DNA from: an uncultured Pelagibacteraceae bacterium | Lineage (GTDB): Bacteria > Pseudomonadota > Alphaproteobacteria > Pelagibacterales > Pelagibacteraceae | Direction: 5' to 3' | Length of the DNA: 64,000 nt | Assembly: GCA_902528375.1 (NCBI GenBank) | Contig: CABZSS010000004.1 | Span: 8,326-72,325 of the forward strand | Shown: positions 1 through 10,018 of the stretch, one piece after another | Numbering within the stretch: position 1 is the first letter of the stretch | Layout: each line of letters starts with the position of its first letter | Position numbers and translations under genes: made by a program | Notes under the pieces: model-generated | What the model saw: the letters and a program-made list of their open reading frames with translations, nothing else | What the model was told of the DNA's origin: nothing | Databases searched by the model: none

Positions 1-293
1 ATGCAGCCATCGGAGCATCAAGAGCAGCTGTAGATGCAGGGTATATTACTAACGATCATCAAGTCGGGCAAACAGGAAAAGTTGTTGTGCCTGATTTGTA
101 CATAGCAGTTGGTATTTCTGGAGCCATTCAACATTTAGCTGGAATGAAAGAAAGCAAAATTATTGTCGCGATAAATAAAGATGGTGAAGCACCAATATTT
201 AGCATAGCAGATTATGGGTTAGAGGCAGATTTGTTTGAAGCTCTTCCGCAATTTTTAGAAGAATTAAATAAACTTAACACTATTCAAAAATAA
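1..293 (+). CDS. etfA: Electron transfer flavoprotein alpha subunit (3' part, truncated by window start)
   Basis: Frame from nt 3 reads [48 protein letters not shown], the EtfA FAD-binding signature; lies next to ETF-QO. Confidence 0.95.
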   Translation, partial: AAIGASRAAVDAGYITNDHQVGQTGKVVVPDLYIAVGISGAIQHLAGMKESKIIVAINKDGEAPIFSIADYGLEADLFEALPQFLEELNKLNTIQK

Positions 294-296
294 TTC

Positions 297-1916
297 ATGA
301 CTAGAGAAGTTATGGAATATGATGTTGTTATTGTGGGTGGAGGACCATCAGGTCTTGCTACAGCCATTAAATTAAAACAATTAAATGCTGATGTTAATGT
401 ATGCGTATTAGAAAAAGGTGCCGAAATTGGATCACATATTTTATCAGGGAATGTTTTCGAGACTAGAGCATTAGATGAATTAGTTCCTAATTGGAAAGAT
501 CTCAACGCACCAATTAAAACTAAAGTAACAAAAGAAAAATTTCTTTTTTTAGGAAAAAAAAGTTCATTTAGCTGGCCAACTTGGTTACTACCAAAAGTCC
601 AACAAAACCACAAAAATTATATAATTAGTCTTGCCAATTTATGTAGATGGCTCGCCGAGCAAGCGGAAGTATTGGGTGTAGAGATTTTTCCAGGTTTCCC
701 GGCATCAGAAATTTTATATAACGATGATGGTTCTGTAAAAGGTGTTATTACTCAAGACATGGGTTTAGATAAAGAGGGAAATAAAAAAGACGGTTACGAA
801 CCAGGAATGGAATTACATGCTAAAGTTACAGTATTTGCAGAGGGCTGTAGAGGTCACTTAGGAAAACAATTAATTAAAAAGTTTGACTTAGATAATGGAA
901 AAGATCCTCAACAATACGGTATTGGTTTTAAAGAAATTTGGAAGATCGATGAAAAAAATCACCAAGAAGGTTTAGTAATGCATACGGCCGGGTGGCCACT
1001 AGATAAAAATACTTACGGTGGAAGCTTTGTATATCATGCTGAAAATAAAGAAGTCTATTTAGGTTATGTTATAGGTTTAGATTATAAAAATCCTCACTTA
1101 TCTCCTTTTGATGAATTTCAAAGATTTAAAACTCATCCAGCTATCAATAAAATGCTGGAAGGAGGAAAAAGAATTTCTTATGGAGCAAGAGCTTTAATTG
1201 AAGGAGGTTTTCAAAGTTTACCTAAAATGTTTATGCCAGGCGCCCTTTTAATTGGATGTGATGCAGGCACTTTAAATATGCCGAAAATTAAAGGTTCCCA
1301 TACAGCAATGAAAAGTGGAATAGTTGCAGCGGAAACTATAGTTGAGCATCTGAACGAGTCTAAAGAGCTTTCGATTTACGAGGAAAAATTTAAAAAAAGC
1401 TGGGTTTATAAAGAATTATTCGAAGCACGAAATGTAAAACCAAGTTTTAGTTGGGGATTAATCTTAGGAATTATTTTCACAGGCATAGACCAAATAATTT
1501 TCAGAGGGAAATTACCGTTCACACTTAAACATAAACACGCGGATCATGAAACTTTAAAACCAGCAAATGAGATGCCAGTAATAGATTATCCAAAACCTGA
1601 TAATATAATTACATTCGATAAAACAAGTTCAGTTTATCTAACAGGGACCAACCATACAGACAATCAACCAGTTCATCTAAAATTGAAAGATAAGTATTTA
1701 CCAATAAGGTATACCTTAGATAGATTTGATGAGCCTGCGCAAAGATATTGTCCTGCGGGTGTATATGAGGTGCAAGTCGAAAATGATGTACCTAAATTTG
1801 TAATAAATTCTCAAAACTGTATTCATTGTAAGACTTGCGATATAAAGGAACCTTCTCAAAACATTACTTGGGTAACACCAGAGGGAGGTGGTGGACCAAG
1901 ATATGGAAATATGTAA
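297..1916 (+). CDS. ETF-ubiquinone oxidoreductase
   Basis: GGGPSG Rossmann motif, HILSG, PQQYGIGFKE, C-terminal 4Fe-4S motif CPAGVYE...NCIHCKTCDIK. Confidence 0.95.
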   Translation: MTREVMEYDVVIVGGGPSGLATAIKLKQLNADVNVCVLEKGAEIGSHILSGNVFETRALDELVPNWKDLNAPIKTKVTKEKFLFLGKKSSFSWPTWLLPKVQQNHKNYIISLANLCRWLAEQAEVLGVEIFPGFPASEILYNDDGSVKGVITQDMGLDKEGNKKDGYEPGMELHAKVTVFAEGCRGHLGKQLIKKFDLDNGKDPQQYGIGFKEIWKIDEKNHQEGLVMHTAGWPLDKNTYGGSFVYHAENKEVYLGYVIGLDYKNPHLSPFDEFQRFKTHPAINKMLEGGKRISYGARALIEGGFQSLPKMFMPGALLIGCDAGTLNMPKIKGSHTAMKSGIVAAETIVEHLNESKELSIYEEKFKKSWVYKELFEARNVKPSFSWGLILGIIFTGIDQIIFRGKLPFTLKHKHADHETLKPANEMPVIDYPKPDNIITFDKTSSVYLTGTNHTDNQPVHLKLKDKYLPIRYTLDRFDEPAQRYCPAGVYEVQVENDVPKFVINSQNCIHCKTCDIKEPSQNITWVTPEGGGGPRYGNM

Positions 1917-2291
1917 TTAAGATAAATCTATTGCGTGTTTTTTTAAAATTTTTAATGGAATAATCTTTAAGGTTTTTTCATTTGTTTTTTTTAAATATAT
2001 TTTACACTCTTTTCCGGCTTCAACAGCTCTTGCAAACCAAGAAGCGCATACACACCAATTGTCACCGTCTTTTAAGCCTGGAAAACCAAATTCAGGATGA
2101 GGTGTAACCAAATCATTACCAGCAGACTTGCACCACTCGAGAAAATCACTATTTACTTTTGCACAAACTGTATGTAATCCGTTATCATTATCATCTGTAT
2201 TGCAACAACCGTCTCTGTACCATCCCGTTAAAGGATTAGATGAGCAAAGCTCTAAATCTCCACCTAAAACATTTTTTTGTTTTTTACTCAT
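1917..2291 (-). CDS. DUF2237 family protein
   Basis: NVLGGDLELCSSNPLTGWYRDGCC...GNDLVTPHPEFGFPGLKDGDNWCVCA family signature. Confidence 0.85.
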   Translation of the reverse strand: MSKKQKNVLGGDLELCSSNPLTGWYRDGCCNTDDNDNGLHTVCAKVNSDFLEWCKSAGNDLVTPHPEFGFPGLKDGDNWCVCASWFARAVEAGKECKIYLKKTNEKTLKIIPLKILKKHAIDLS

Positions 2292-2913
2292 TGAATAAAG
2301 ATTGGTCTACAGTAGCATTAAATGAAACCGATCTTCTTTCCTCGTCACTGTCAAAAAAAGGGTAAACGGCATGCATTAGATAATGAGGAAAAAAATAAAA
2401 ATCACCAACTTTTGGTGTCACTCTAAATGTTGGTTTACATAAAAAAGCTTTTGAACCATGGACCATTTCTAGTTTTCCATTATTATTAAGTGGTTTATCT
2501 TTTTGAAGTGTCTCTCCTAGATTTGAAGGTACTTTTAAATAACCAACTCCAGATACATGGCCGTTATGCCAATGAGATGGATTATACTCATTTTTAAATT
2601 GTCTTACAATCCAACTATTCATAATATTAAATTTTGTAATTTCTCTTTTATTAGTTTGACGTATCCACTCACGAACACTTGATGCTAAAAATTTTCCCCA
2701 TCCAATTTTTTCCATTACATCTTTTTCAATCATAAATTCTTGTTTAACGTTACCAACCAAATTTTTTCCCCAATCAAGATCTTTTTTCTTTTTTTTATTT
2801 TTTATTATATCATCTGTATAATCATTAAGTTCTTTTACTAAATTATCAGGAATTTTTACTTTAGCTATTGTGGGACCAAATGGTCTTAATACTTTAATGT
2901 CCTCTGTTTCCAT
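2284..2913 (-). CDS. Putative 2OG-Fe(II) oxygenase
   Basis: NPSHWH...SGVGYL...FFPHYLMHAVYPF...RRSVSFN double-stranded beta-helix pattern. Confidence 0.7.
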   Translation of the reverse strand: METEDIKVLRPFGPTIAKVKIPDNLVKELNDYTDDIIKNKKKKKDLDWGKNLVGNVKQEFMIEKDVMEKIGWGKFLASSVREWIRQTNKREITKFNIMNSWIVRQFKNEYNPSHWHNGHVSGVGYLKVPSNLGETLQKDKPLNNNGKLEMVHGSKAFLCKPTFRVTPKVGDFYFFPHYLMHAVYPFFDSDEERRSVSFNATVDQSLFNE

Positions 2914-2916
2914 ATA

Positions 2917-3384
2917 CTAAATCTTTGTAGGGTTTGGCTGACCTCTATAAACTTTTTCAGGGTCAAATTTTTTTTCTTTTTCCTCAAATTTCATTTTAAT
3001 TTCTCTTGCATTTTTGATTTTTCCTAAAGGTATTGACCTATAAAAACAAGATCTGTATCCAACATGGCAACTTGAACCATTTCCAATGTCAACACTTAAC
3101 CAAACTGAGTCCTGATCGTCGTCAATTCTTATATCCCTCACCTTTTGAATAAAACCACTTGTTTTTCCTTTATGCCAAACTTGTTTTCTTGATCTACTCC
3201 AATAATGAGCTTCTTTAGTTTCGATAGTTTTTTTGAATGCCTCTACATTCATATAACCAAGCATTAAAATTTCTTTGGTATTTACACAAGTAGTCACGAC
3301 TGGAATTAAACCATCGTTATCAAACTTAGGAGACAGGAAACTTCCTTCTTCAATCTCTGTGACACTTTCTCTTTTTTTAAACAT
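2917..3384 (-). CDS. hisI: Phosphoribosyl-AMP cyclohydrolase
   Basis: YWSRSR..WHKGKTSG, DDDQD and CHVGYRSCFY motifs. Confidence 0.93.
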   Translation of the reverse strand: MFKKRESVTEIEEGSFLSPKFDNDGLIPVVTTCVNTKEILMLGYMNVEAFKKTIETKEAHYWSRSRKQVWHKGKTSGFIQKVRDIRIDDDQDSVWLSVDIGNGSSCHVGYRSCFYRSIPLGKIKNAREIKMKFEEKEKKFDPEKVYRGQPNPTKI

Positions 3385-3461
3385 ATATTTCTTAATTATT
3401 TAACATAATAAATAGTATAATAAATATTTTAAAAGACTTAATAAATAGGTATAAGGATTTT

Positions 3462-4067
3462 ATGAAAATTGTTAAAGATATCCAAAAACAACAACTTAGT
3501 AGCAAAATAAGTGATAAAGATGCTGAGGAGGCTGTTAGAACAATTCTAGAATGGATGGGCGAAGACCCAAACAGAGAGGGTTTATTAGAAACCCCTAAAA
3601 GAGTAGTTAAAGCATTTAAAGAATATTTTAAAGGATATTCAGAAGATCCAAATCTTGTACTAGAAAAAACTTTCGGAGATGTAGAGGGTTATAGTGACAT
3701 GGTCGTTCAAAAGAATATATCTATACAGAGTCACTGCGAACATCATATGGCTCCAATCATTGGCAAAGCTCATGTAGCCTACATTCCAAACCAAAGAGTT
3801 GTTGGACTGAGTAAAATTGCTAGAGTTGTAGAAATTTTTTCAAAAAGATTACAAACTCAAGAGAGGTTAACGGTGCAAATTGCAAAAACTTTAATGGAAA
3901 GTTTAGATGCAAAAGGAGTTGCAGTAACGATAGATTCAACCCACCATTGCATGACAATGAGGGGAATTAAAAAGGAGCAAGCTACAACAGTTACAAATTT
4001 TTACTTAGGCCAGTTTAAAGACGACTTAAGCTATCAAAATAGATATTTGCGATTCATTGCGAAATAA
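3462..4067 (+). CDS. folE: GTP cyclohydrolase I
   Basis: GEDPNREGLLETPKRV, SHCEHHMAP, GLSKIAR, RLQTQERLT, HHCMTMRG. Confidence 0.95.
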   Translation: MKIVKDIQKQQLSSKISDKDAEEAVRTILEWMGEDPNREGLLETPKRVVKAFKEYFKGYSEDPNLVLEKTFGDVEGYSDMVVQKNISIQSHCEHHMAPIIGKAHVAYIPNQRVVGLSKIARVVEIFSKRLQTQERLTVQIAKTLMESLDAKGVAVTIDSTHHCMTMRGIKKEQATTVTNFYLGQFKDDLSYQNRYLRFIAK

Positions 4068-4081
4068 TATTTACTATTAAA

Positions 4082-5083
4082 ATGTCTGATAATTTTAATG
4101 CATTGGTAATAAACCAAGAAGGTGAAAAGTTTTCAAGGGAAATAAAAAAAATTGACAAATCTTTTTTAAAACACGGAGATGTTTTAGTAAAAGTAGATTA
4201 CTCAACTTTGAATTTTAAAGATGCATTAATACTTAAAAATGGTGCACGATTAGTAAAAGAGTTCCCACATATTCCAGGTATTGATTTTGCGGGAACAGTG
4301 GTTGAAAGCAAAAGTGATAAATTTAAAGAAGGTGATGAAGTTATCCAAACTGGCTGGAGAGTAGGTGAAATATTCTATGGTGGATATTCTCAATATGCAA
4401 AAATTGATTCAAATTTTTTAGTAAAAAAACCAAAAGAGATTACCTCTAGACAAGCAATGATGTTGGGTACAGCAGGATTAACTGCAATTCAGTGTGCTTT
4501 TACTACAAAACAAACTAGAGAGGTTTTACTATTGGGTGAGAAAGTGAATGATGTAATTGTAACTGGTGCCTCAGGTGGAGTTGGAAGTATAGCAGTAATG
4601 ATTTTAAGTAAACTTGGTTGCAACGTAACTGCCGCAACTACAAAACCAAACGAGGAATATTTGAAATCTTTAGGAGCAAAAAATATTATTAAATCAGGCG
4701 ATTTGGACAAAGAGGCAAGACCATTAGATAAAGGTTTATATGATGGAGCAGTAGATACGGTTGGAGGAAATATTTTAGCAAATATACTTACTCACATAAA
4801 ACCAAGTGGTATTGTTGCTGCTTGTGGTAATGCTTCAAGCATTAAGTTAAATACTACTGTAATGCCTTTTATCATTAGAGGTGTTAAACTTTGGGGCATA
4901 GACTCAGTAAGTGTATCAATTCAAAGAAGAAACTTTTTATGGGGTGAAATGCGTACGCTAGTTGATTTTGATTTGTTAGATAAGTCAATTAAAGAAATAA
5001 ATTTAAATCAACTTTTAGAAGAGTATCCAAAAATGCTAGAAGGCAAAACTTCGGGGAGATATATAATAAATCTTAATAAATAA
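4082..5083 (+). CDS. acuI: Acryloyl-CoA reductase / YhdH-family MDR oxidoreductase
   Basis: STLNFKDAL, PGIDFAGTV, GTAGLTA, VTGASGGVGS, TTVMPFIIRGVKLWGIDSV. Confidence 0.8.
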   Translation: MSDNFNALVINQEGEKFSREIKKIDKSFLKHGDVLVKVDYSTLNFKDALILKNGARLVKEFPHIPGIDFAGTVVESKSDKFKEGDEVIQTGWRVGEIFYGGYSQYAKIDSNFLVKKPKEITSRQAMMLGTAGLTAIQCAFTTKQTREVLLLGEKVNDVIVTGASGGVGSIAVMILSKLGCNVTAATTKPNEEYLKSLGAKNIIKSGDLDKEARPLDKGLYDGAVDTVGGNILANILTHIKPSGIVAACGNASSIKLNTTVMPFIIRGVKLWGIDSVSVSIQRRNFLWGEMRTLVDFDLLDKSIKEINLNQLLEEYPKMLEGKTSGRYIINLNK

Positions 5084-5976
5084 TGGATTGGGATAAACTT
5101 AAAATTTTCCATGCAGTTGCGGAAGCTGGAAGTTTTACCAGCGCTACAGTTAATCTTAACTTAAGTCAATCTGCAATAAGCCGTCAAATTCAGTCACTAG
5201 AAGACGATTTAAAAGTGAAATTATTTGAAAGACACGCGAGAGGGCTGACTTTAACAGAAAACGGGGAATATGTTTTTAAAACAGCACACGAAGTTATAAG
5301 TAAATTAAAAGAAGTTGAAACTTCATTAGGAGATAAAAAAAATAAACCATCTGGAAAACTTACTGTAACTACTGTTGTTAGTTTTGGCACAACTTGGTTA
5401 ACTCCAAGAATTCAAGAATTTATGCAGTTAAATCCTGAGATAGAAGTTGAATTAATTTTTGATGATAAAGAATTAGATTTGAGCACTAGACAAGCTGATA
5501 TAGGGATTTTTATGCGAAGACCAAAGCAATTGAATTATATTCAGAAAAAACTAATTGATATAAATTATCACATTTACGGCTCACCAAAATATCTTGAAAA
5601 AAATGGGTATCCAAAGAGTGTAAATGAATTAAATAATCACAAATTTATTTCTTTTGGAAGAGGTGCTCCTTCACCCGTATTTAATCCAGATTGGGCTCTT
5701 AAACTTGGTTTAAAAGATGGAGCAAAAAAAAGAAAAACAGCTATGAGAGTAAATAGCGTGTATGGTTTACTTTTAGCAGTTCAAAGCGGGGTGGGTTTAG
5801 CCGCTTTACCAGATTATATAACTATTAACCAACCAAATATCGTTAAGATACTCCCAAAAGTCGAAGGACCCATAACCGAAGCACATTTTGTCTATCCTCA
5901 ATCTTTAAAAAATGTAGCTAGAGTTCAAGCTTTCAGAAACTTTCTATATAGCAAAATATCAGAGTGGAAATTTTAA
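5083..5976 (+). CDS. LysR-family transcriptional regulator
   Basis: MDWDKLKIFHAVAEAGSFT..LNLSQSAISRQI HTH plus substrate-binding domain; start overlaps the acuI stop. Confidence 0.93.
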   Translation: MDWDKLKIFHAVAEAGSFTSATVNLNLSQSAISRQIQSLEDDLKVKLFERHARGLTLTENGEYVFKTAHEVISKLKEVETSLGDKKNKPSGKLTVTTVVSFGTTWLTPRIQEFMQLNPEIEVELIFDDKELDLSTRQADIGIFMRRPKQLNYIQKKLIDINYHIYGSPKYLEKNGYPKSVNELNNHKFISFGRGAPSPVFNPDWALKLGLKDGAKKRKTAMRVNSVYGLLLAVQSGVGLAALPDYITINQPNIVKILPKVEGPITEAHFVYPQSLKNVARVQAFRNFLYSKISEWKF

Positions 5977-6007
5977 TATTTCCTTGACCCCTGCGTCATT
6001 ATATGCG

Positions 6008-6048
6008 ATTGATAATCATTATCAATGAGAATAATTCTCATTATCAAT
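6008..6048. promoter_or_regulatory. Tandem overlapping Fur-type boxes upstream of the Fe(III) ABC operon
   Basis: Two perfect 9-1-9 inverted repeats, ATTGATAAT-C-ATTATCAAT (6008-6026) and AATGAGAAT-A-ATTCTCATT (6024-6042), resembling the Fur consensus GATAATGATAATCATTATC. Confidence 0.85.
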
Positions 6049-6070
6049 AGTGCGGAGGAAGGAAATAACA

Positions 6071-7096
6071 ATGAAAAAAGTAAGTATACTAACAATACTT
6101 TTTACTTTAATCGCTGGTTTTACAATTGCTGCGGAAGTTAATGTTTTTAATGCAAGACACTACAAAGCAGATGCTGAACTTTACAATAAGTTTACATCTA
6201 AAACTGGTATCAAAGTAAATTTAATAAACGGCAAAGCAGGTGCTTTAGAAAAAAGAATGATCGAAGAGGGAGCAGACTCATCTGCTGATCTTTACATTAC
6301 CGCTGACGCTGGAAGATGTGGAGTGTTTAAGGCAAAAGGAATGACACAAGGTGGTTTAACTTCTGCAGCAATTAAAGCGGCAGTGCCTTCAAACTTCAGA
6401 ACTTCGCACTGGACTGGTATCGCTAAAAGAGCGAGAATAGTTTATTACGCTCCAGAGAGAGTAAGTGGTGCGGAGCTGGCTGGTTTGACTTATGAAAGTT
6501 TAGCTGATCCGAAATGGAAAGGTAGATTAGTAATTAGAAAATCAAGCAACATATACAACAAATCTTTAGTAGCTTCATTGGTTAAAAACAATGGAAAAGC
6601 AGCAACAGCTGAGTGGGCTAAAGGAGTTGTATCAAACATGGCCAGAACACCAAAAGGAAATGACAGAGCACAAATAATGGCAGTTGCAGCAGGTGAAGCA
6701 GATATAGCTGTAGCAAACACTTATTATTTAGCTTTGATGTTGTCTGGAAAAAAAGGTGCCGAACAACAAGCAGCAGCAAAAAAAGTTAAAGCGTTTTTCC
6801 CTAATCAAAATGATAGAGGAACTCACATGAACATAAGCTGCGCTGCAATGGTAAAAGGTGCTCCAAACAAAGATAATGCAATCAAACTTGTGGAATTTTT
6901 ATTAACACCAGAGTCTCAAGAACACTTTGTTAATAATACATTTGAATTCCCAATGATTGGTGGTGTTTCGGCAAATCCATTAGTAGTTAACAATATTGGT
7001 TTAGATTTTAAACAAGATCTAAAAACAAAAGTTTCTAGTTATGGTGCTAAACAAGCTGATGCATTAGAAGTAATGACAGCTGCTGGTTGGAAATAA
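6071..7096 (+). CDS. Fe(III) ABC transporter substrate-binding protein (FbpA/FutA type; sfuC in SAR11 nomenclature)
   Basis: Signal peptide from ATG 6071 (GGAGGAAGG upstream); NARHY, ADLYITADAG, GNDRAQI, ANTYY Fe-ligand motif. Confidence 0.92.
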   Translation: MKKVSILTILFTLIAGFTIAAEVNVFNARHYKADAELYNKFTSKTGIKVNLINGKAGALEKRMIEEGADSSADLYITADAGRCGVFKAKGMTQGGLTSAAIKAAVPSNFRTSHWTGIAKRARIVYYAPERVSGAELAGLTYESLADPKWKGRLVIRKSSNIYNKSLVASLVKNNGKAATAEWAKGVVSNMARTPKGNDRAQIMAVAAGEADIAVANTYYLALMLSGKKGAEQQAAAKKVKAFFPNQNDRGTHMNISCAAMVKGAPNKDNAIKLVEFLLTPESQEHFVNNTFEFPMIGGVSANPLVVNNIGLDFKQDLKTKVSSYGAKQADALEVMTAAGWK

Positions 7097-7097
7097 C

Positions 7098-7268
7098 ATG
7101 GAAGATAAAAAAGAATTTATTTCTGAAATTGATTTAAATAAATCTTCTGAGGGATGCTTTCCGTGTGTCTCGGAGTGTAAAAAGATCAATCAAAGAATAA
7201 ATAAAAGAAATTTATCTGATCTCAATGAACAGGAGGTTCCGCACATCCTAAAAGTTTTTGATTTTTAG
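7098..7268 (+). CDS. Unannotated 56-aa protein with CxxCxxxC motif
   Basis: ATG 1 nt after the binding-protein stop; MEDKKEFISEIDLNKSSEGCFPCVSECKKINQRINKRNLSDLNEQEVPHILKVFDF; ends just before a hairpin. Confidence 0.65.
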   Translation: MEDKKEFISEIDLNKSSEGCFPCVSECKKINQRINKRNLSDLNEQEVPHILKVFDF

Positions 7269-7282
7269 ATAATTTTTTTGAA

Positions 7283-7328
7283 AATATGCCCGTGAATAAG
7301 ATCTCCTTGTCACGGGCGTATTTATTTT
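7283..7328 (+). terminator. Intercistronic hairpin/terminator in the iron ABC operon
   Basis: ATGCCCGTGA...TCACGGGCGT stem followed by ATTTATTTT. Confidence 0.7.
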
Positions 7329-7352
7329 CATGATTATAAGGCGGATTATAAT

Positions 7353-8975
7353 ATGAATAGATTTAACGTTTGGTCTCTTGGTTCATTCCTAATTTCATTT
7401 GTTGTTATTATTCCTATTATAACTGTTTCTGTAAGTTTTTTTGAAGAAACAAGTAATTATTACCAAATATTAAAAGATACTTTTCTATTAGAGTATATAT
7501 TTAATTCAGCTGTTTTACTAACTGGTGTTTTAATTTTAACTTTTTTAATGGGTACCGGTTCTGCTTATTTAGTCTCCTTTTTTAATTTTCCTGGAAGTAA
7601 TTTTTTCAAATGGACTTTAATATTGTCCTTTGCAGTTCCACCATATATTTATGCATATTCTTTAACAGCTTTTTTTGAAAATTATGGAACAGCTTACACA
7701 ATATTAAAAAATATTTTTGGAGATGCTAATTACAACATTTATATACCAAAATTTGATGGAATGGTTGGAGCAATACTTTCAATATCTTTTTCTTTATTCG
7801 CCTATGTTTATATTTTAACTAGAGCTTCCTTTTTATATCAGTCACAAAATCTTATAGATTTAGGAAGAAACTTAGGTTTTTCAAAATTTAAAGTTTTTCT
7901 AAGAATAATTTTACCATCTGCTAGACCAGCAATTATCGCAGGTTTATCATTGGTCGCGATGGAGACTTTAGCAGAGTTTGGCGCTGTTGATTTTTTTTCA
8001 ATAAATACTCTAACAACTGGCATTTATAATTCATGGATAACTTTTGATGATCTTGCTTTCGCAAACCAAATTTCATTTTTTTTGTTATTATTCATTTTTG
8101 CTCTTTTTTTCTTAGAAAATCTCTCTAGAAAAAAAGCTAAATACCACTCCAATATGAAGGGTGGTTTTAAGAAAAAAGAAAAACAGGATCTTTCAGGAGC
8201 CAAAGCAATACTAGCATTTACCTTGTGTTTTGTGATTTTTTTCATGAGTTTTTTATTCCCATTAAGCCAGATGTCTTACTGGACGTTAAAGTTTTCAGAT
8301 AATTTATTTGACTTAAAAATTTACGAGCTTTTATGGAATACGCTATATTTGGTCTTTTTATCCTTTTTTGTTTTGATAATCCTGTCTTTCGTCTCAAATT
8401 ATGGAAATAGAGTTTCTAAAAGTAAATTTTTAAATAATTTAACAACTTTATCAATTTCGGGGTATGCAATACCTGGTGTTATTTTAGCAGTCGCTTTTAT
8501 TACTTTTATAGCATGGCTTGATAACAGTATTATAAAAGCGATGGGTTTTACATCGGTAAAGAAAATTTTCTTTGGTTCTATTTTAGGACTAATAATTGTT
8601 TACTTTATTAGGTTTTATTCGCTAGCATGTAATGGAATAAAATCAGGTTATGAGAAAATAAATATTTCTGTTGATGAAAATGCTTATTTATTAGGTTATT
8701 CAAAACTAAACACCTTCACAAAAATTCATATTCCGTATCTTAAAAATTCAATTTTATTCGTCGGGATTTTAATTTCATTAGAAATAATAAGAGAGCTTCC
8801 AATAACTTTAATTCTTAGGCCTTTTAATTTTGAGACTTTTGCGACAACCGCTTATATTTATGCATCTGAGGATCTTTTAGAGGCAGCTGCCGCACCATCT
8901 TTATTTTTGATTATAATAGCAAGTTTCTTTATTTTACTTAGTTCAAAATATATCTTAAGAGATAACGATGAATAA
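7353..8975 (+). CDS. Fe(III) ABC transporter permease
   Basis: Duplicated permease, FAVPPYIYAY, LPSARPAIIAG..LVAMETLAEFGAVDFF, RELPITLILRPFNFETFAT. Confidence 0.92.
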   Translation: MNRFNVWSLGSFLISFVVIIPIITVSVSFFEETSNYYQILKDTFLLEYIFNSAVLLTGVLILTFLMGTGSAYLVSFFNFPGSNFFKWTLILSFAVPPYIYAYSLTAFFENYGTAYTILKNIFGDANYNIYIPKFDGMVGAILSISFSLFAYVYILTRASFLYQSQNLIDLGRNLGFSKFKVFLRIILPSARPAIIAGLSLVAMETLAEFGAVDFFSINTLTTGIYNSWITFDDLAFANQISFFLLLFIFALFFLENLSRKKAKYHSNMKGGFKKKEKQDLSGAKAILAFTLCFVIFFMSFLFPLSQMSYWTLKFSDNLFDLKIYELLWNTLYLVFLSFFVLIILSFVSNYGNRVSKSKFLNNLTTLSISGYAIPGVILAVAFITFIAWLDNSIIKAMGFTSVKKIFFGSILGLIIVYFIRFYSLACNGIKSGYEKINISVDENAYLLGYSKLNTFTKIHIPYLKNSILFVGILISLEIIRELPITLILRPFNFETFATTAYIYASEDLLEAAAAPSLFLIIIASFFILLSSKYILRDNDE

Positions 8976-10017
8976 TTTTTTTGAAATTAAAAACGCAACT
9001 TTTAAAGCTGGTGGTAAAGACAAGATAAAGAATTTATCAATTGAGGTTAAAAATGAAGGAGATATTGTTTGTTTATTAGGGCCATCAGGAATAGGCAAAA
9101 CTACAATACTTAGAACGATTGCTGGTTTAGAAAAATTGGAAAATGGTGAAATTATTTTAAAGGATAAAATTATCTCATCAACAAATGAACATTTGGAACC
9201 AGAAAAAAGAAAAATTGCTTTATCATTTCAAGAAAATAGCCTTTTTCCACATCATTCAATTTATAAAAATATAATTTTAGGAATACCAAAGTCTGGTCCC
9301 AAAAAAATCAATGTGGATGAAATTATAAATTTTTTAAATATTGACCATCTGTTAGATAAATATCCTCATCAAATAAGTGCTGGTGAGGCGCAACGAGCAT
9401 CGTTAGCAAGATCTTTATGTGCTGAACCTGATTTGCTTTTATTAGATGAACCATTGTCTAATATCGATCAAAATTTTAAGGAAGAAATTCAAACTAAACT
9501 TAAAAAAATTATTAAAGATTTAAAGATTACAACTATTATTGTTACTCACGACTCCTATGAAGCTTTTTATTTAGCGGACACGTGTGGAATATTATTAGAT
9601 CAAAAATTAAAACAATTTGATACTCCTTATAATGTTTATCATATACCCAATTCAATTGAGGTGGTAAAATTTTTGAATAGGGGAGTTTTGGTACCAGCAA
9701 AAGTTACAAGTCCTAAAAGTTTAGAAAACGAGGAGCTAGGAACCATTACTGGAAACTTTTCAAAACCTTTCGAAATTGGATCTACAGTTAAATTGTTATT
9801 ACAACCGGAAGATTTACACCATGACGATAAAAGTAATTTAAAATTTGATGTAGTTGATAAAAAATTTAGAGGTACAAATTTTATTTACTCCTTAAAAACT
9901 GACAAAAATTTTATTTTACCTGTTTTTGTACATTCTCATCATGTTCATCAACATGAGATAAACGAAAAGTTCGGAATAAAAAGACCAATTCATATTGAGC
10001 ATTTAGTTTGTTTTTAA
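8968..10017 (+). CDS. Fe(III) ABC transporter ATP-binding protein
   Basis: Walker A GPSGIGKT, signature ISAGEAQR, Walker B LLLLDEP. Confidence 0.92.
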   Translation: MNNFFEIKNATFKAGGKDKIKNLSIEVKNEGDIVCLLGPSGIGKTTILRTIAGLEKLENGEIILKDKIISSTNEHLEPEKRKIALSFQENSLFPHHSIYKNIILGIPKSGPKKINVDEIINFLNIDHLLDKYPHQISAGEAQRASLARSLCAEPDLLLLDEPLSNIDQNFKEEIQTKLKKIIKDLKITTIIVTHDSYEAFYLADTCGILLDQKLKQFDTPYNVYHIPNSIEVVKFLNRGVLVPAKVTSPKSLENEELGTITGNFSKPFEIGSTVKLLLQPEDLHHDDKSNLKFDVVDKKFRGTNFIYSLKTDKNFILPVFVHSHHVHQHEINEKFGIKRPIHIEHLVCF

Positions 10018-10018
10018 A

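Noticed and set aside
2917-4067. hisI/folE as Zur-regulated zinc-starvation paralogs
   Set aside because: No convincing Zur palindrome in the 77-nt gap; folE is the ordinary Zn-dependent type and this pairing is common in alphaproteobacteria.
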